A stretch of DNA of 57,930 nt, counting the filler, from Sphacelaria rigidula (Eukaryota), in NCBI GenBank assembly GCA_964200075.2. It is 8 parts of 8 records of this genome, joined end to end, with 100 filler letters (N's around TTAATTAATTAA, not from the genome) between each part and the next. Parts side by side here need not be neighbours in the genome. Positions count along the whole stretch, not along the records: positions 7,255 to 14,408 come from CAXNAA020016216.1; positions 14,509 to 21,662 come from CAXNAA020016217.1; positions 21,763 to 28,916 come from CAXNAA020016218.1; 5 more parts are not named here. One strand, given 5' to 3'. Shown piece after piece: positions 13,067 to 26,342 of this stretch (the first letter of the stretch is position 1; each line of letters begins with the position of its first letter). The position numbers and the translations under genes were made by a program. The notes beneath the pieces were generated by a model, which made no database searches, was not told the origin of the DNA, and was given only the letters and a program-made list of their open reading frames with translations.

Positions 13067-13730
13067 GGAAGATATAGGTCATGGAGATATGTCGTGGGTA
13101 AGCGTTCAGACGATCAATGCCTAAGGATCTTCCGCACACGCAACCTTCTAGGGTGCAGGACGTGCGGAATGGGCAATACGATCACGCGAGTCTAAGACCC
13201 AAAGTGGAAAACACTCTAGATCTTCGTAGATGCGGCAGAACTCTTACAATTTATCGATGTTTCTAGTGAAATTTTCGCTCACGATCTCATGATTGAGGCC
13301 CGTGGGTCGTCGTCGTCGTCGTCGTCGTCGTTGTAGTTGCCCTCACGTCGAAATCGGTTCCGATATGTGCGCAGTACTTCTATTCCCGTACTGGGCATCT
13401 GATGATGCGTACGCCTTGCGTGAATATTTTTAAATCGAAAGGCAGAACTGACATGGGTCGTGCATCAAAATTTACTAAAACATTATAGTGAACTAGTGGA
13501 AAGCCACGACTGACGCACGTGGTACAGTTACAGTGCCGCAAGTATCCCGCGGCCGGTCTGGGGTGTGTGGGAGGTTTTGAACAAGATAGAGAAAAACAAA
13601 CCAATGATCCTGGCACTGATTATTATAACTCATCGATATAAGATGACAATTTCCAATCCCACGGTTGACCGTAACCGCTACAAAAGAAAAAAGGAGGCCT
13701 CACCGTTGTTAAGGGTGCTAATGGGCGCGC

Positions 13731-13911
13731 GGGGTGTGTGTGCTCATGATCATGCATTCCATAGTCACCAGTATATTGACCTCGCATCCCGACAAAGCCG
13801 GGACGGAGCACACCAGGTTTTCGCCGGACCAGCCTCGCAATCAATCACCAAGTGCGAAGCGCCGTGGCGTCTTCGACGAGTCGCATGAAGGGTGAGCTGC
13901 ATCCTGCTAAG
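13731..13911 (-). mobile_element. LINE/SINE family 2 3'-terminal fragment; other copies ~30775-30830, 43525-43895, 55741-56040, 56260-56313
   Basis: Shared sequence tactcatgatc...cctcgcatccc..caaagccgggacggagcac...gagtcgcatgaagggtgagctgcatcctgcta across copies. Confidence 0.7.
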
Positions 13912-13913
13912 AA

Positions 13914-14346
13914 CACGGGATCTTACAAATTGGGGATGGATTTTTGATTGGGGATGAGAAACCCGGAGAATTAAAATCTTCGTATCAACACCAAATCTTC
14001 GATATATGGTTACATTTCCTCACCTATTATTGATGGGTGTTGACAACTGCTACACGCCACGGAAATTTGGATTTCGATCACTGAAATGTTGGGGTCCTAG
14101 GTGAAGAACCATTTTTTGGGAATTTCGGCTGTCCGAACGGACGCCAAAATCGTTCCGAAAATGTTTTCTCACGTAGGACCCCAACGTTTCGGTGATCGAC
14201 ATCCAAAATCCAATGGCGTGTAGCAGTTGTCAATAGCTATCGGTAGGTGAAGAAATGGAACCATATTTCGAAGATTTGATGTTGACAGGGAGATTCCAAT
14301 TCTCCGGGTTTCTCATCCCCAATAATGAATGATCCATCCCCAATTT
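13914..14346. mobile_element. Fold-back (near-palindromic) MITE, ~430 bp, right end eroded
   Basis: Arms of ~200 bp are imperfect reverse complements around central gtccgaacggac; homologous to 21191-21630 in the opposite orientation. Confidence 0.85.
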
Positions 14347-17300
14347 AACAGGGTTGCCAGAAAAATGAGAAGGTATTTTGAAATGAGAATCCACCGCTCC
14401 CCGGGATTNNNNNNNNNNNNNNNNNNNNNNNNNNNNNNNNNNNNNNNNNNNNTTAATTAATTAANNNNNNNNNNNNNNNNNNNNNNNNNNNNNNNNNNNN
14501 NNNNNNNNTGGAGCCCTGGCATGAAGTAGCCGCCAGCTTTGTCTTTCTTCTTTCAACTCTCCCTCTGTAGTTCGACACTTCAAAGGATACTCGCCATGCG
14601 CATTCACTGTAGTTACGTTGGTGTGTAGCGGCCACAACAGCTGCTGTTCGTGCTCTTGTCTTATTATCTTCGCAATGACGGTAAACGTGGGGTGGCAGCT
14701 CGGGGGCGTGTGCTTCCCGACTGGTACAGACAAAGGGAGGACACTCGCTAGTGCAACAAGATTGTCCATCTACTGATGTGGAGCGAGCTTTCCGGAGGAA
14801 CAAAATCACCTCAACACCGACCACTCCCAGACTTGAATAAATGCGCAAAAAGTATATCCATCTACGGGGACCCATATTTTTTAATCAGCTGCCCGTCACG
14901 GATGTTTTCAAACAAGGTGAAGCCTTGACGCGTAGTCCCGGAGTGCAAACAGTACACAGCAGTAACACACACACAGAAAACAAAGTGAAGCCTTCACGTG
15001 TAGTACCGTAGTGCAGGCAGTAGTCAGTAGTCATATCCTCTGCATCTGCGTTCACTGCCATGGACGTGCATCTGAATGTGACCTCGAACCCTACAGTGAA
15101 GACGGTATAGTACTGTACTGTATTGGCAAAGCACAGCTACTTACTGTGCTCGCGAGTACAGCCCGTGCTTGTAACCTGGCAGAGTACAGCCTGTACTCGG
15201 AAATGGAGTAGTACAAGATAACAAGTACAGGCTACAGCTATGTCGTGTTTACAAAGCATAGCCTATACTTGTAATGTCGTACTGTTCGCAAAATTCACGG
15301 CCTGTATTGTGAATACTCTTGCCTGCTGCAACACCTTGGCACTTCATTGTACTACCGTTTTAGCGTAAAGTCTACATCGTACAGTATGTTTTGTGCCCAT
15401 CATCTCGAAAAAAAAATGTCATCCACGGCACCACCGGATGATAAAAGATCAAAGTGGGTGTTTTCCGTCGTGCTCAACATTGACTCGTGCTGGCTGGACT
15501 TCGATACTCCGTCGGTCCTCTTTGTGTTTGTCTTTGCTGTATGCCGGTCGCCCCGGTTTGTAACCTCGAAACCTTCTGACCTTCTATGCGTGTAGCTGTG
15601 TTCATGTGAACTATGTGCGTGCTGTTCATCTGCCCGCTGAGCAGGTTTGTAGAGGTGGCGCTCTCAAATTCAAAAACTTGGCTCTGGTTTTGCTCGAAAC
15701 CCGAACCCACTTTGTTTGAAAACATCCGTAATGGGCAGCTGAAAAACAAAATGTGGGCTCCCGAATTAGAAAAAACAACGCGGGATCGGTCATGACAAAA
15801 GGTCACAGTGGAAATAAGGATCCAGCTATATAGGTGGATACACTTTTTGCGTGAATAAATGTACTAGAAATATAGTTCATTTCCGGCCGGCGTATATCTG
15901 CCTGTACCATAGAACCAGTTCCATACTACGTTTGAGCAGACCCGCCGGTCTAAAAACGAACACATTTTTGAATTCACCCACCACCCCCAATAGTGACGAA
16001 GCATCATAATGCGAACAGACCACGACATGTACACGCGCAGTACTACATGCACATGCCGTCGACGCAGTCATTGGCGTTCCCCGCGACGCGTCCGAGACTC
16101 TCTCTTTAGGCGTAGAGTACTCCATGATCTCGGTTGTGTAACTAATCTGGTTGGACGCCCACTACGTCACGCAGTTCCGTTTGCAGTGGAAATGGCTCAA
16201 GTACGATTGCACCACTGGGGGTGGCACTAGCGCGTTTGCCTCGTTCGATGCCCACTGGCATTCCGGGAGGCACGTGTTGTACGTGTACGTCAAGACGGAT
16301 CTACAAGTAGTGGCCAGGGATAGATCGAGAGAACCTAGCGGGAACTTGCCGAGCGACGACTCCGGTCTCAGCTCCGCCTTCCTGCGCCCCCTTGCGCACG
16401 TGGGGGGGCGTCGCTCGGACTAGAGCGATAATGTCTGGAATTTGCGTGGTGCGATGCGCGAAAGAATTGTCATCGTCAATCGATGGCCCTTACTTTTTTT
16501 CCGTCCCTTCTTCTGCTTGTATGCCGTTCTTGCTTTTCTTCATCGAGGGCGTCTGTCTCTTCTGTCCCTTTTCCATTCCATTTCAATGTGAGAAAGGATA
16601 GGAAAATTGGAAGTGTGATGCGAAGCAGAGCGATGTATTGAAAATACGAATTCCAAGCCCAATTTCCACCGAATTTTCCACATGCTTCAAATCGTCGTGA
16701 CCGTCATCACCTCAAGGATCTAACGGGAGAATAGGATTTGAAAACGGTTCCAACGGAGTCGAATTATACCCGAAACCGTCATGTTTCGGTGGTGTGGAGT
16801 TTGGCGTCGTCTAATTTCCACTCATGATACGCAGGAAAGACCCAGGGAGCCTCGTGACCATTTCCCCTATGTTTGTTATAGAAAAGCTCAGATCATCCTC
16901 AAACTTGGTATTTTCGTAAGTATTGATGCTCCAAATGGAAAAATTGAGTGCTTGGCAAGGGTTCAAAGTTTCTCCGTTCTCTACCGGCTTCCGGGAGTCC
17001 CAGTACAAAGACCCCCGAAAGGCGGTACAGAATGACTCAAAAGAAAAAATAATAACATGACGCGTCCCAGGATGGTCCAAGGAATACAGCTACGATTTTT
17101 GGTGGAGAAACTCGGAAATCTCATACAAGTTTTCCTGCCTTGACATAAAATTCACCCAAAAATATGTTTTCATACTCAAACCAAGTAGTTAGGAGTTTGC
17201 ACGTTCTAAGCTCACATCCTCGCACAAATCCTCAAATCTTCACACATTTATCAGGAGTTAGACCCTGAAGCTTTGCACAAATGTGCTATGAATCATTACG

Positions 17301-17624
17301 CAAGTTTCGATCAACGAGGTTTATTCCAATTCTTGATTTTTTTACCGTTCTTCGGGGGTCCGACGGGATCCAAGTCGATTTTTCGAAGTCATCCATTCTG
17401 GGACCCCGGAAAACCGGCACTACAGTATTTTTCCACTTCTTTCGCGAACGCTTTGCCGCCGCAAAACCCAAAGAAAAACCCCACAAGGTTTCGTGGCCAA
17501 ACTCGATTAACTGGTGCTTGAATTTTCATGTTCACGTCGAAAAAGGCCCAAAAACGCCATTTCCATACTAAAATCTAGTAGTTTGCCGTTTCACCGTGGC
17601 GAGGCAAGGTCCATCGCACAAACT

Positions 17625-17885
17625 CGAAAAACTTCACGCCGTTTTAAGGAGTTAGACTCTGAAATTTTGCACAGGTGTGCTATGGGTCATGGACGACGTT
17701 TTTTTTTTTTCACCGTTTTACGGGGATCCGACTGAGAAGTTTTCCGGAAAAAACTGGGACCCCAGAAAAACGGTGAAAAAGTCGAAGAGTGACAGAAATC
17801 TCGTCTATTCAAAGTTGCATAATGACCCATAGAACACCTGTGCAAAATTTCAGGGTCTAACTCCTTAAAACGGCGTGAAGTTTTG
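17625..17885. repeat. Inverted repeat / MITE-like hairpin, with a diverged direct copy of the left arm at ~17235-17370
   Basis: aaaacttcacgccgttttaaggagttagactctgaaattttgcacaggtgt versus its reverse complement at 17820-17885. Confidence 0.8.
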
Positions 17886-19343
17886 CCGATGAGTGTTTTT
17901 GGGTTTGTTTCCGTGAACCAGCCTGTATTAAGTGCCCAGCCTTCACGTCCCCAGTCACCTGTATGCCCCTACTTGTAACCCCTCCCTCTGCCCCCACTTG
18001 TAACCCCTCCCGCTGTCGGGACGAGTGTGAAGTCTGTATTCTATCCCGCGCTTCCATAAGCACCGAGCTCTAGTGACTCAAAACACACTGCAAACTAGAA
18101 AATATCCCAATCGCAAACTTGTAGGCGGTGCTGCATTGTACAAACCTCAAGTATTACTTTCAGCGGGCGGGATCGATGAATCGATATGCGAATCACCACA
18201 CATGAATCGCAGCACGGGCGGAATTTATTTGATGAACAGAATAACAATGTCCGGTCTAAGCCGAATATTTGCTATTGACTGAGCTGAGGGTGCGGCAAGT
18301 CGAGAAAGAACAACAACACCGACCTTTCGAGATTCATTTGTATGTGATGCAAGCTTGCAGCATGACAACAGAGCATACTTTGGGCGCTTCGAAAGTTCGA
18401 AGAACGAGGAGCTTGCTTACATGGCCATGGTCATGGGTGCCATGCATTGTTTCACACGTTACAGTGCAGGCGAGGGATTTACAACTTTGCACTCCATGAC
18501 TTGAACACGTTGTACGAGGAATCTGGCGCCATGTGAACTGACAATTTGAACAATTGAGGATTTTATACTGCCAACTGATGATACTTTTGAATGATGACAG
18601 TTGACCACACTTCACCCGGAGCGTGCCGTTATTCGACGAAATTAACCCGACCACAGCGGGTTGCTTGTTATGTACGCGTATCACATTTGGTCACAGATAG
18701 CTTTCTTTGCCCCTCGTCCGCAAGCATGGGGATCTGTGAATAATGACGCGCCTGACTCAGGGATACAAGGGGGCTTGATTCCGGAAGGGTTAGTCAGCAC
18801 AGATTAATGATCATGTATGTTGGGATTGCAACTCACGAGGTTGCGCTTAAACTCGCCGTTGGCTCACGTGTTTGTCCACGGGCGCTCGGCGACGACCACG
18901 ATGTACATGCATGATATTTTCCCGCACATTATCACAGAAAATCATGAGGAATGAAAGAATCCGTGTGCTGGAGGGGGAGGAGTTGGACACGTTTCAGACA
19001 CGATGAAAGTCGACGAAGTATCCTGATTTTGAGCATGTCAAGAATGAACCGATGATTCTACGTACCCCTAAGCGTGGAGCGCTCGCCCATCCCGATACAG
19101 TATCCAGGCAACAATATTCGCGCCGTGGTTCGTGGATGAAAATGCATCCGCACCTGAAGAGCTTGCAGTTATCTTCGACGCATAAGGCAGACCATCTTGT
19201 GAACAACGTGTACTGTATACCGCGCGAGGGTTCTCACGCCTTGGATTTCGGGGTGCCCGTGCTCGTCGCTTGATGCTGGTGTTTGCGCTTGCCTCTACGT
19301 TTTCGGTCTGCCTGATATCTTTTCTCAAATGTTTTAAATGCCG

Positions 19344-19604
19344 GACAGCTCATGAGCTACCCGAAATAAGCAATGGAAGATGATTCTCAGATCCGTTGCC
19401 CACGAACACAAAATACGTGACAGCGGGTTCAGAGAAGCCGAAAAGCGTTAATTCTGCGCTGCTCTGGGTGCTCGGTGTCCAGCGCTGTAGGGAGCGAATA
19501 TGGGAAAAGGGGTCGAATGAGCTACTAAGGAGTATTATATTATAGGTCGTGGTCCGGATCAGTACACTGATCAGAAGTAATATCCAGGTAGCTCATGAGC
19601 TGTC
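19344..19604. mobile_element. MITE-like element with inverted repeat gacagctcatgagctacc
   Basis: 18-bp perfect inverted repeat with imperfect outward extension; no clear TSD. Confidence 0.6.
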
Positions 19605-21190
19605 GGACGTCTGAACTGTTTTGAAATTCAGCAACGTGAAGCGATATTGATATTCATCTCCCCCTCCACCCCTTTTGTCGAACAGGTTGTTTGGCATGTT
19701 CGAGATCATCGAGAAGATACTGCAGCCCCCTCCCGATATCCAAGGTTGAGCGCTTGTCGACAGTTTGCAACACGATCAACGAAAGGTGTAACCGTAACTA
19801 CCCGCGCAGCCGCTTCATGGAGCTCATCACTTAGGGATGGCGCGCGGCAAAATCGTAACATCCCCCGGTATGGCTTCAACACCCGGATTTTTCTGGCAAC
19901 GTCGTGCTTCAGCTGGTGCCGCAGTTTGAGCCGCGTGTAAGAGCAAGGCTATGCTTGGGGTCGGGAAAAACACGAGGAAGCGTTGTTCATGTAGCGGTGG
20001 ACTATGCAACGGGTGCGCACCCGCGTCGTCAAGTGGCTCATTCACCTGAAGGGATTGTTGAGGCCAAGGGGGGTAACTGGTGGTGGAAGCCCGAGTTCAC
20101 AGGAGTGATTTTAAGGTCGAATATTGTCAGGTTGGGATGCTGAAAGGCGTCTTCAATAGATCGTGCGGTTGCGCGTTGCGGGAAGTTCGGCCTCTTCGAA
20201 TAAAAGGAGTGGGATGATCGTTTGATCTAAAACACGGCGTTTATTGAACAATGACCAAGAATCCGCATTCTCTTTACAGTAGATAACCGCATGTGTTCCA
20301 TTTCAAGTGGTGTAGTGTTTTTACTCGTGAAATATTTTGCCAGAGAGACGTACGTTACCGTGGCGTGTGAGGATTTGTCTATTCGGCTATGTATGTGTGG
20401 GTGTGTGGTATACCTGTTCCATTGACGCACGTGGATTCCTCAGGTCCTCGATTTTTTAACTGAGAAGAATGAGTGGAATGTTGATACCCATTAGACCATC
20501 GTTCTTGTCCCAAACGTTGGTTTGCATCTTCACCTGACCCCTGTTACGTAAACACTTACTATAGTACTCACACCTCGTATCGGCAAGCGTTCGCATGTTT
20601 CGGCTCATTGCTGACGCGAACTCCAATATGCGGGATTCCCCGTGCGAACGGCGAATCGACGTTCACAATTGTCACTCAGGGTTGCACCGATTAGTAGTGT
20701 TTAACTCGGCCCTTTTGGCCCGGACGCCCCACACCAGCAAGTGATTCCCGCGCGCTTCGGCCCGAATTACATTCGAATTTTCTTGTTCGAACTTTTACGC
20801 TCGAGACACCTCATCTCAACCGAACAGGATCTCGATCCCCGATTCAACTTGCAATTATTGATAGCGCTCGGCCCGATCTGTAACTTTGGTCTGGACGCCC
20901 CGTGACAGCGAATTATTCCCTCATGTTTCGGCCTGTTGCTTGGTTGGCGGAAGTGTCTAGCCAGCCACGAGCTCTTCTACTGTTGTTCGCTGTCGAACGG
21001 AGCTGATGGGGTGTGTGCGTTGCACCGGAGTTGCCGGGTTCATCTTGAAGCGCGCATGGTGCACTGACTGTAGCTTCACCATTACGAAATTCCCTGCGCG
21101 CTATGCAGCGCATGATACCTGCGGTTGTCAAGGTGCTCTTGGGTGCGCGCGCTTTACTGACTGATGTTCTTCTGCACATGTGCAAGTAAC

Positions 21191-21630
21191 ACAGGATCTT
21201 ACAAATTGGGGATGGGTATTTTATTGGGAATGAGAAACCCGGAGAATTAAAATCTTCGTATCCACACCAAATCTTCGAATTAGGTTCCATTTTTTCACCC
21301 AATGATGGCTACCGACAACTGCTACACGGCATAGAGATTTGGGTTTCGATCACGGTAATGTTGGGATCCTAGGCCAAAAACCAATTTCGGAACCATTTTG
21401 GCGTCCGTTCTGACACCCGCAATTCCCCCAAATTGGGTTTTACCTCAGGACCCCAACATTTCGGTGATCGAAATTCAAATTTCTATGGCGTGTAGCAGTT
21501 GTCATTAGTCATCATTGAGTGAAGAAACGAAACAATATGTCGAAGATTTGGTGTGGATACGAAGATTTTAATTCTCCGGGTTTCTCATCCCTGATAAAAT
21601 ATCCATCCCCAATTTTTTGTAAGATCCTGT
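21191..21630. mobile_element. Fold-back MITE, 440 bp, flanked by AAC/AAC
   Basis: acaggatcttacaaa...tttgtaagatcctgt termini; palindromic along its whole length. Confidence 0.88.
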
Positions 21631-21762
21631 AACAACAAATTGTGAGAATTGAGGTTTAACTTNNNNNNNNNNNNNNNNNNNNNNNNNNNNNNNNNNNNNN
21701 NNNNNNTTAATTAATTAANNNNNNNNNNNNNNNNNNNNNNNNNNNNNNNNNNNNNNNNNNNN

Positions 21763-22350
21763 GTTGTGGCGTGGAGCGGAAGCGAATCCATACGACTTGA
21801 CCCGCGCAATGACTTTTCACAATGCCGCACATCAATCAATCATACTAGGGGCCATTCGTCATTTGCCGGGCGTTGAACATGTTTCGCCGCCAAGATGACT
21901 CCAGCACAGATGCCCCGTGTGTTGGTCCAAAATTCTTTCGGACTCACACAGAATGGTCTGAACAATTGCTCGAGCAGTCCTGTTTGGTACAAAGTTGCGC
22001 AGTGTGAACACGCTGCCACAGCACAGTGTACAGTGCAAACACCATGCGATCACGTACCTGGCTAGCATGGTAGGTACCGCTGCACCATATCTAATGCGAG
22101 CGTGACATGAAAGACACATCTGAACCGCGCACATTGCACGCGAAGTGCGGTCTCCTAATATCTGACTGTTCGCAAGCAATCAACAGTCTGTGTATATACG
22201 TACCTCCAGATGGATTTCGCCCCCAACTGCTGGCCATGTGCACTCTTCGCACGCATGTTCGCCGGTTACCGTCTCGGGCCACTTCACTTCACTCTCTGGT
22301 ACTGGGACAGTAGCACTCACCTGCAGTCTACAAAGCATTTGAGTACACAA
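21763..22350 (+). repeat. ~600-bp direct repeat, second copy at 27967-28620
   Basis: First 130 bp identical, remainder clearly homologous but diverged. Confidence 0.9.
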
Positions 22351-25329
22351 TGCACACGTTGTATTGTACAGTAACATCCAGACTTCCTATAAAAGAATGT
22401 GTACTGCCCCGAGACGCGTGAACAGAACTTTCAAAATTCACTTGTTTTCCAGCGCAAGCTCGTGCACAGGCGAACGCATGCTGTCTGCAGCATTCTGTCG
22501 TAGCGATGGAGTGCATGGGTTACCACGCCGTGAACACGCAGGACCGTGCATGAGGGTGCACGACAGGGTGTACTTACAGTGCTACTTTGGCCTGGGAAAT
22601 ATCAAAGCACAAGACAGCTGCGATCTGGCCGGCTCGATGGTTGCTTCTAGAAACGAAACGGCACGACAATTGTTTTGCCCGAAAGACACTGGCCGGTGCT
22701 TGGCCGACTTCAAGCTTGAACAGAAAGCCTGACTCTACACTGTATGCAAACACAACGTGAAACAGGACAGCTCTACAGTGATGTGACTAAGCAGTACTGG
22801 TTGTCTTCTCGATTGGTCACCATGTCGTGGTCGAGTCTCGGGGCGACGTATCAAGCTCGTGGGACATAGGCTGGGGGTGGTGTAGCACCAGCGGCCAGCA
22901 TAACCGTTACTGCAGCAAACCATTGTGTTGTACCAAAGACTCACCAGAGAGTTCGGTTCAATCAGCACTGCATGCATCATGCAAATCACAGGCTCACTTT
23001 CACGTGCAGAGAGGTGCTCTTGACTTGCTTGCAAGCGAGATGTCTCCAAGTGGTGGCTGATAGCTCTGTTATTAATTAGTCTTGGCTAGGTAGCTAAACA
23101 CGAGTGACCGATACTGCAAAACCAGACTGGAATATAACCTGACTAAGGTACGACTGGTATACGACCTATCGCCCATATCACGCACATCGAGGACGCCTTC
23201 TATATAAGGGACTAATATCCGCCGTCACATCCCCCTCTCTTGCTTTGTGTGCGCTGTAATGCAAAGTAGGGGATGTCACCATTCATTGCATACCAAAAAT
23301 GATCCACTCAAATAAAAGGACTGACACGAGAAAGAGGATCAGGTCCTACGAAATCAAGATAAACCAGAACGGTTGAGGGAAAAAGAACAAATGGAATCCA
23401 GACTGGAGAACCAAACAGAGAAAACAAAAATGAGGGTCTAAGGAGGAGGTTCTGATCCGAGAAAAACGAGGCAAACAAATCGAGAAGGCGGTCCCCCCCC
23501 CCCAAAATCAAGATCAAACGTTATAAGGTGGGAAAATAAAGCCGGGAACGATACATGGTATATAACCGAGCTCATGATCAACGGGAAGACACGAATGAAA
23601 ACAGACCCCAAGAGAGTGGAAAAAAAGTAAATACTGAACAGCTGTTTCAATGAAAACAAAGAAACAGTACTGAAGTACTGCTCATTACTATAAAAAGAAA
23701 TACAAATACAAATACAAAGCGCTGCTCGCTCGTGTCATGCACCACAAAACGGTCTCCTGCTTTCCTTCGTACAATATTAACGCTCTCCTCTGCTTCGCTC
23801 GCTCAATGCCATCGACTCGCTCGTCTCGGCCATTGGCTGGAGCTCTTCACTTGAAGACTTCTCGCAGTCTTCGTCGTCTCATCACTCTTCCGAAGCGTTC
23901 ACCGTCGTCAAACATTTGTCCTTTTTGCTGAGCTCCGTCAAAATCATCTCGGAATGCAAAACCTGTGGGGAACAAGTTCAGAACATCACTGCGCGACAGA
24001 GGGACATGGCGTGATCGGGCGGGGTAGCATACTAAATGCCTTGGCTGGGTGATGCAGATGCCAAAGGGCGTGGAACCCGTCCACTCGGGAAGCATCAGGC
24101 TTTCGAGGACTCTGCTTCCTGGTAGCCTCTCTGACATTGCTCCATCCTGGGCCTTTGCTCGCTATTTTCAACCTGTTTTTTTCTAAATTTAGACTCGCGA
24201 CGGTGTTTCAGGGTGAGGAGGTGGGGTGTGGGGTTTGAAAGGTTGGCGTCGCGTCGAAGTCTGGTGTTCAACCAAACTAGGCGGACCCGTCAGCGGTTGA
24301 ATATCTAAGGTGGGGCGGGTAACGTTATGTGGTTCGACCTATGGCGGACTATCTTGCGCGTACGTATTTTGTGTCCTTGCATCACGACCTCCAGACCGCG
24401 TGCCATCATCTATCCTTGCCGACTTTCCATGTACCGTTTACTAGTGCTGCAGTTTCCTGCCGTTGCCATCCCGACATTGAGATCTCACCTTCCGGAACCA
24501 TCACCAGTCTTACCTCGCATAGGTGCTATTCGCGCTATTATACGAAAGGGTCCAGTTGTATACTCAGTTCCGCTTCTTGTGATATAAGTGAAAGTCAGCT
24601 TAGATATATGCGTGGTTTTACGTTGATACGGCAACTCCGGGAGGGAAGCAGCGTGTCAAGCAATGTGCGCTTGGTTCAAGGAGTCAATGAGACATGTTGA
24701 CCCCACATGACTTGCAAAGTTCTGACAACGTATCCAGTAGCCATCCTCCAGATCTTACGACTGCGTCCTTACCGCGTGGACGATCTGACGCTTCGGAAAG
24801 CAATGCCTTCTTTCAGTCACCCGCCCAAATGAGTGACTACCTCCACACTAAACCCTTCGCCTCTGTTCCGCGAATCTTTTGAGGGGCACCGGAGGTTAGG
24901 CACATTCTGCAGGGGCACTGACTACCCCGTTGACTTGTTTTGATGGCTGTGGAAAATCAATTGGGGATCGAGAAGCGAGGTCAAGTGCCTGCAGATGTAT
25001 GTGTATGTGAGTGTAACATCACCTCAATTGTTGGCAAGTTGATCACCTCGTCCCATGGGTCTACCGCACGCCCCTACCTGATGGCCATTTGGCGACTGCT
25101 TGACCTCTTGGGCCTCCTGCAACGGTATGACGGCACATCTTGCCTGATATCTTTCGTACTTGTTGACGACAGGGAGCGGGCACGCATCGTTGAAAGGGTG
25201 ACGCCTACTGCTAAATTTTCGAGTGCTAATCATTATTTTTGTAACCGCCGGCGGCTCCTCAGCATCGACTCCCAGGTATCGCTTTTATTTCGTACTCAGA
25301 TCGCCTCTCACCTACCATTTCGGCCGTCG

Positions 25330-26342
25330 TCCTCCCCTCAGAAACAGTAAAAGGAGTTCAAAAACAGATAGACAAGGCGCAAGAATACGCGAGGCAATGG
25401 AGAGTGACAGCGAACAGCGAATGAGAGTGATAGCGGATGTGAAAATATGCGCGATACTCATCTGTAACGAGGATGAGAAACATCCACTGGAGTTCAGGTG
25501 GAAGTGGGGAGGAGAGGAACTGTCGATTCTAGACCAACATACATACCTTGGCGTAGAGATCTCGAAACACTGTTTTTGGAATGCACAAATAAACAAGGTA
25601 ATAAAAAAGGGTAAGTCACAAATAGGAAGGATGAACGTGATCCTCAGAGACCCGCCCCCAGGCACCAGGATTGAGATATGTATCCTAATGAACTTGATCG
25701 TACCATAGCTGGAATATGCAGGAGAAGTATCGGAGTGAAACGTGAAATTGGAAACAGTGCAGATAGCAGCAGCTTAGAACATACTTTGATGATCATGTTA
25801 AAAAATACGGGAGAAAAAAGGAGCGCTCAGACGTAAGGTAGACGAGAAAGAACACCTGGAGATAACCGGGGAGTTGAGAGGGGGGATCGGAATGAAAACA
25901 TATCTGCATGACCCCGTGGACGCGGCGACAAGATTGAAACTGCGGTTTCGGGTAAAGACCTGGACCTGCCGGAAAGAAGAAAGAGGTATACTAGTAGTCG
26001 GGAATAGGAGGGAGTAAATGGACAGAACTACCGCTGTGGCAAAGTATTAGAGAGCAGAAGTCATAAAGTGGCACAATGTGAACTATGCAAGGAGGAGTGG
26101 GACGTGCTAGAGGGGGACGTACGGGACGTGAACGAAGGTGGCATGAAATCGTCAAATGTATTAGATATGTGAAAGATTTTTGCGCAATGTGTGGAAGGAA
26201 CGTAATGAGTTATGGAAGAAGCGTAACGCGCGCCGTGATGTTGAACGTGTCTCTATTAGGAGTAGAAGCGGTGCTCCACCTCGAAAGGGATGCGTGGTCA
26301 GTGGTCGAACGATTAAGGCAATCAACGAGTGAGTACCCCCCC
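25330..26342 (+). mobile_element. 5'-truncated decayed LINE (family 1): RT C-terminal region, Cys/His region and 3' UTR
   Basis: 'ELSILDQHTYLGVEISKHCFWNAQINKVIKKGKSQIG' is typical of the end of a non-LTR RT; followed by KLKLRFRV and a CG..ESRSH....C-like segment; ends gagtaccccccc. Confidence 0.8.

Noticed and set aside
15990..16560. MULE-like transposase remnant ('YLSHFHCKRN')
   Set aside because: Single weak motif with stops; cannot be supported without a profile search
18070..20240. Possible Fanzor/TnpB or other coding remnant
   Set aside because: No RuvC or other recognisable motifs in the frames I could read
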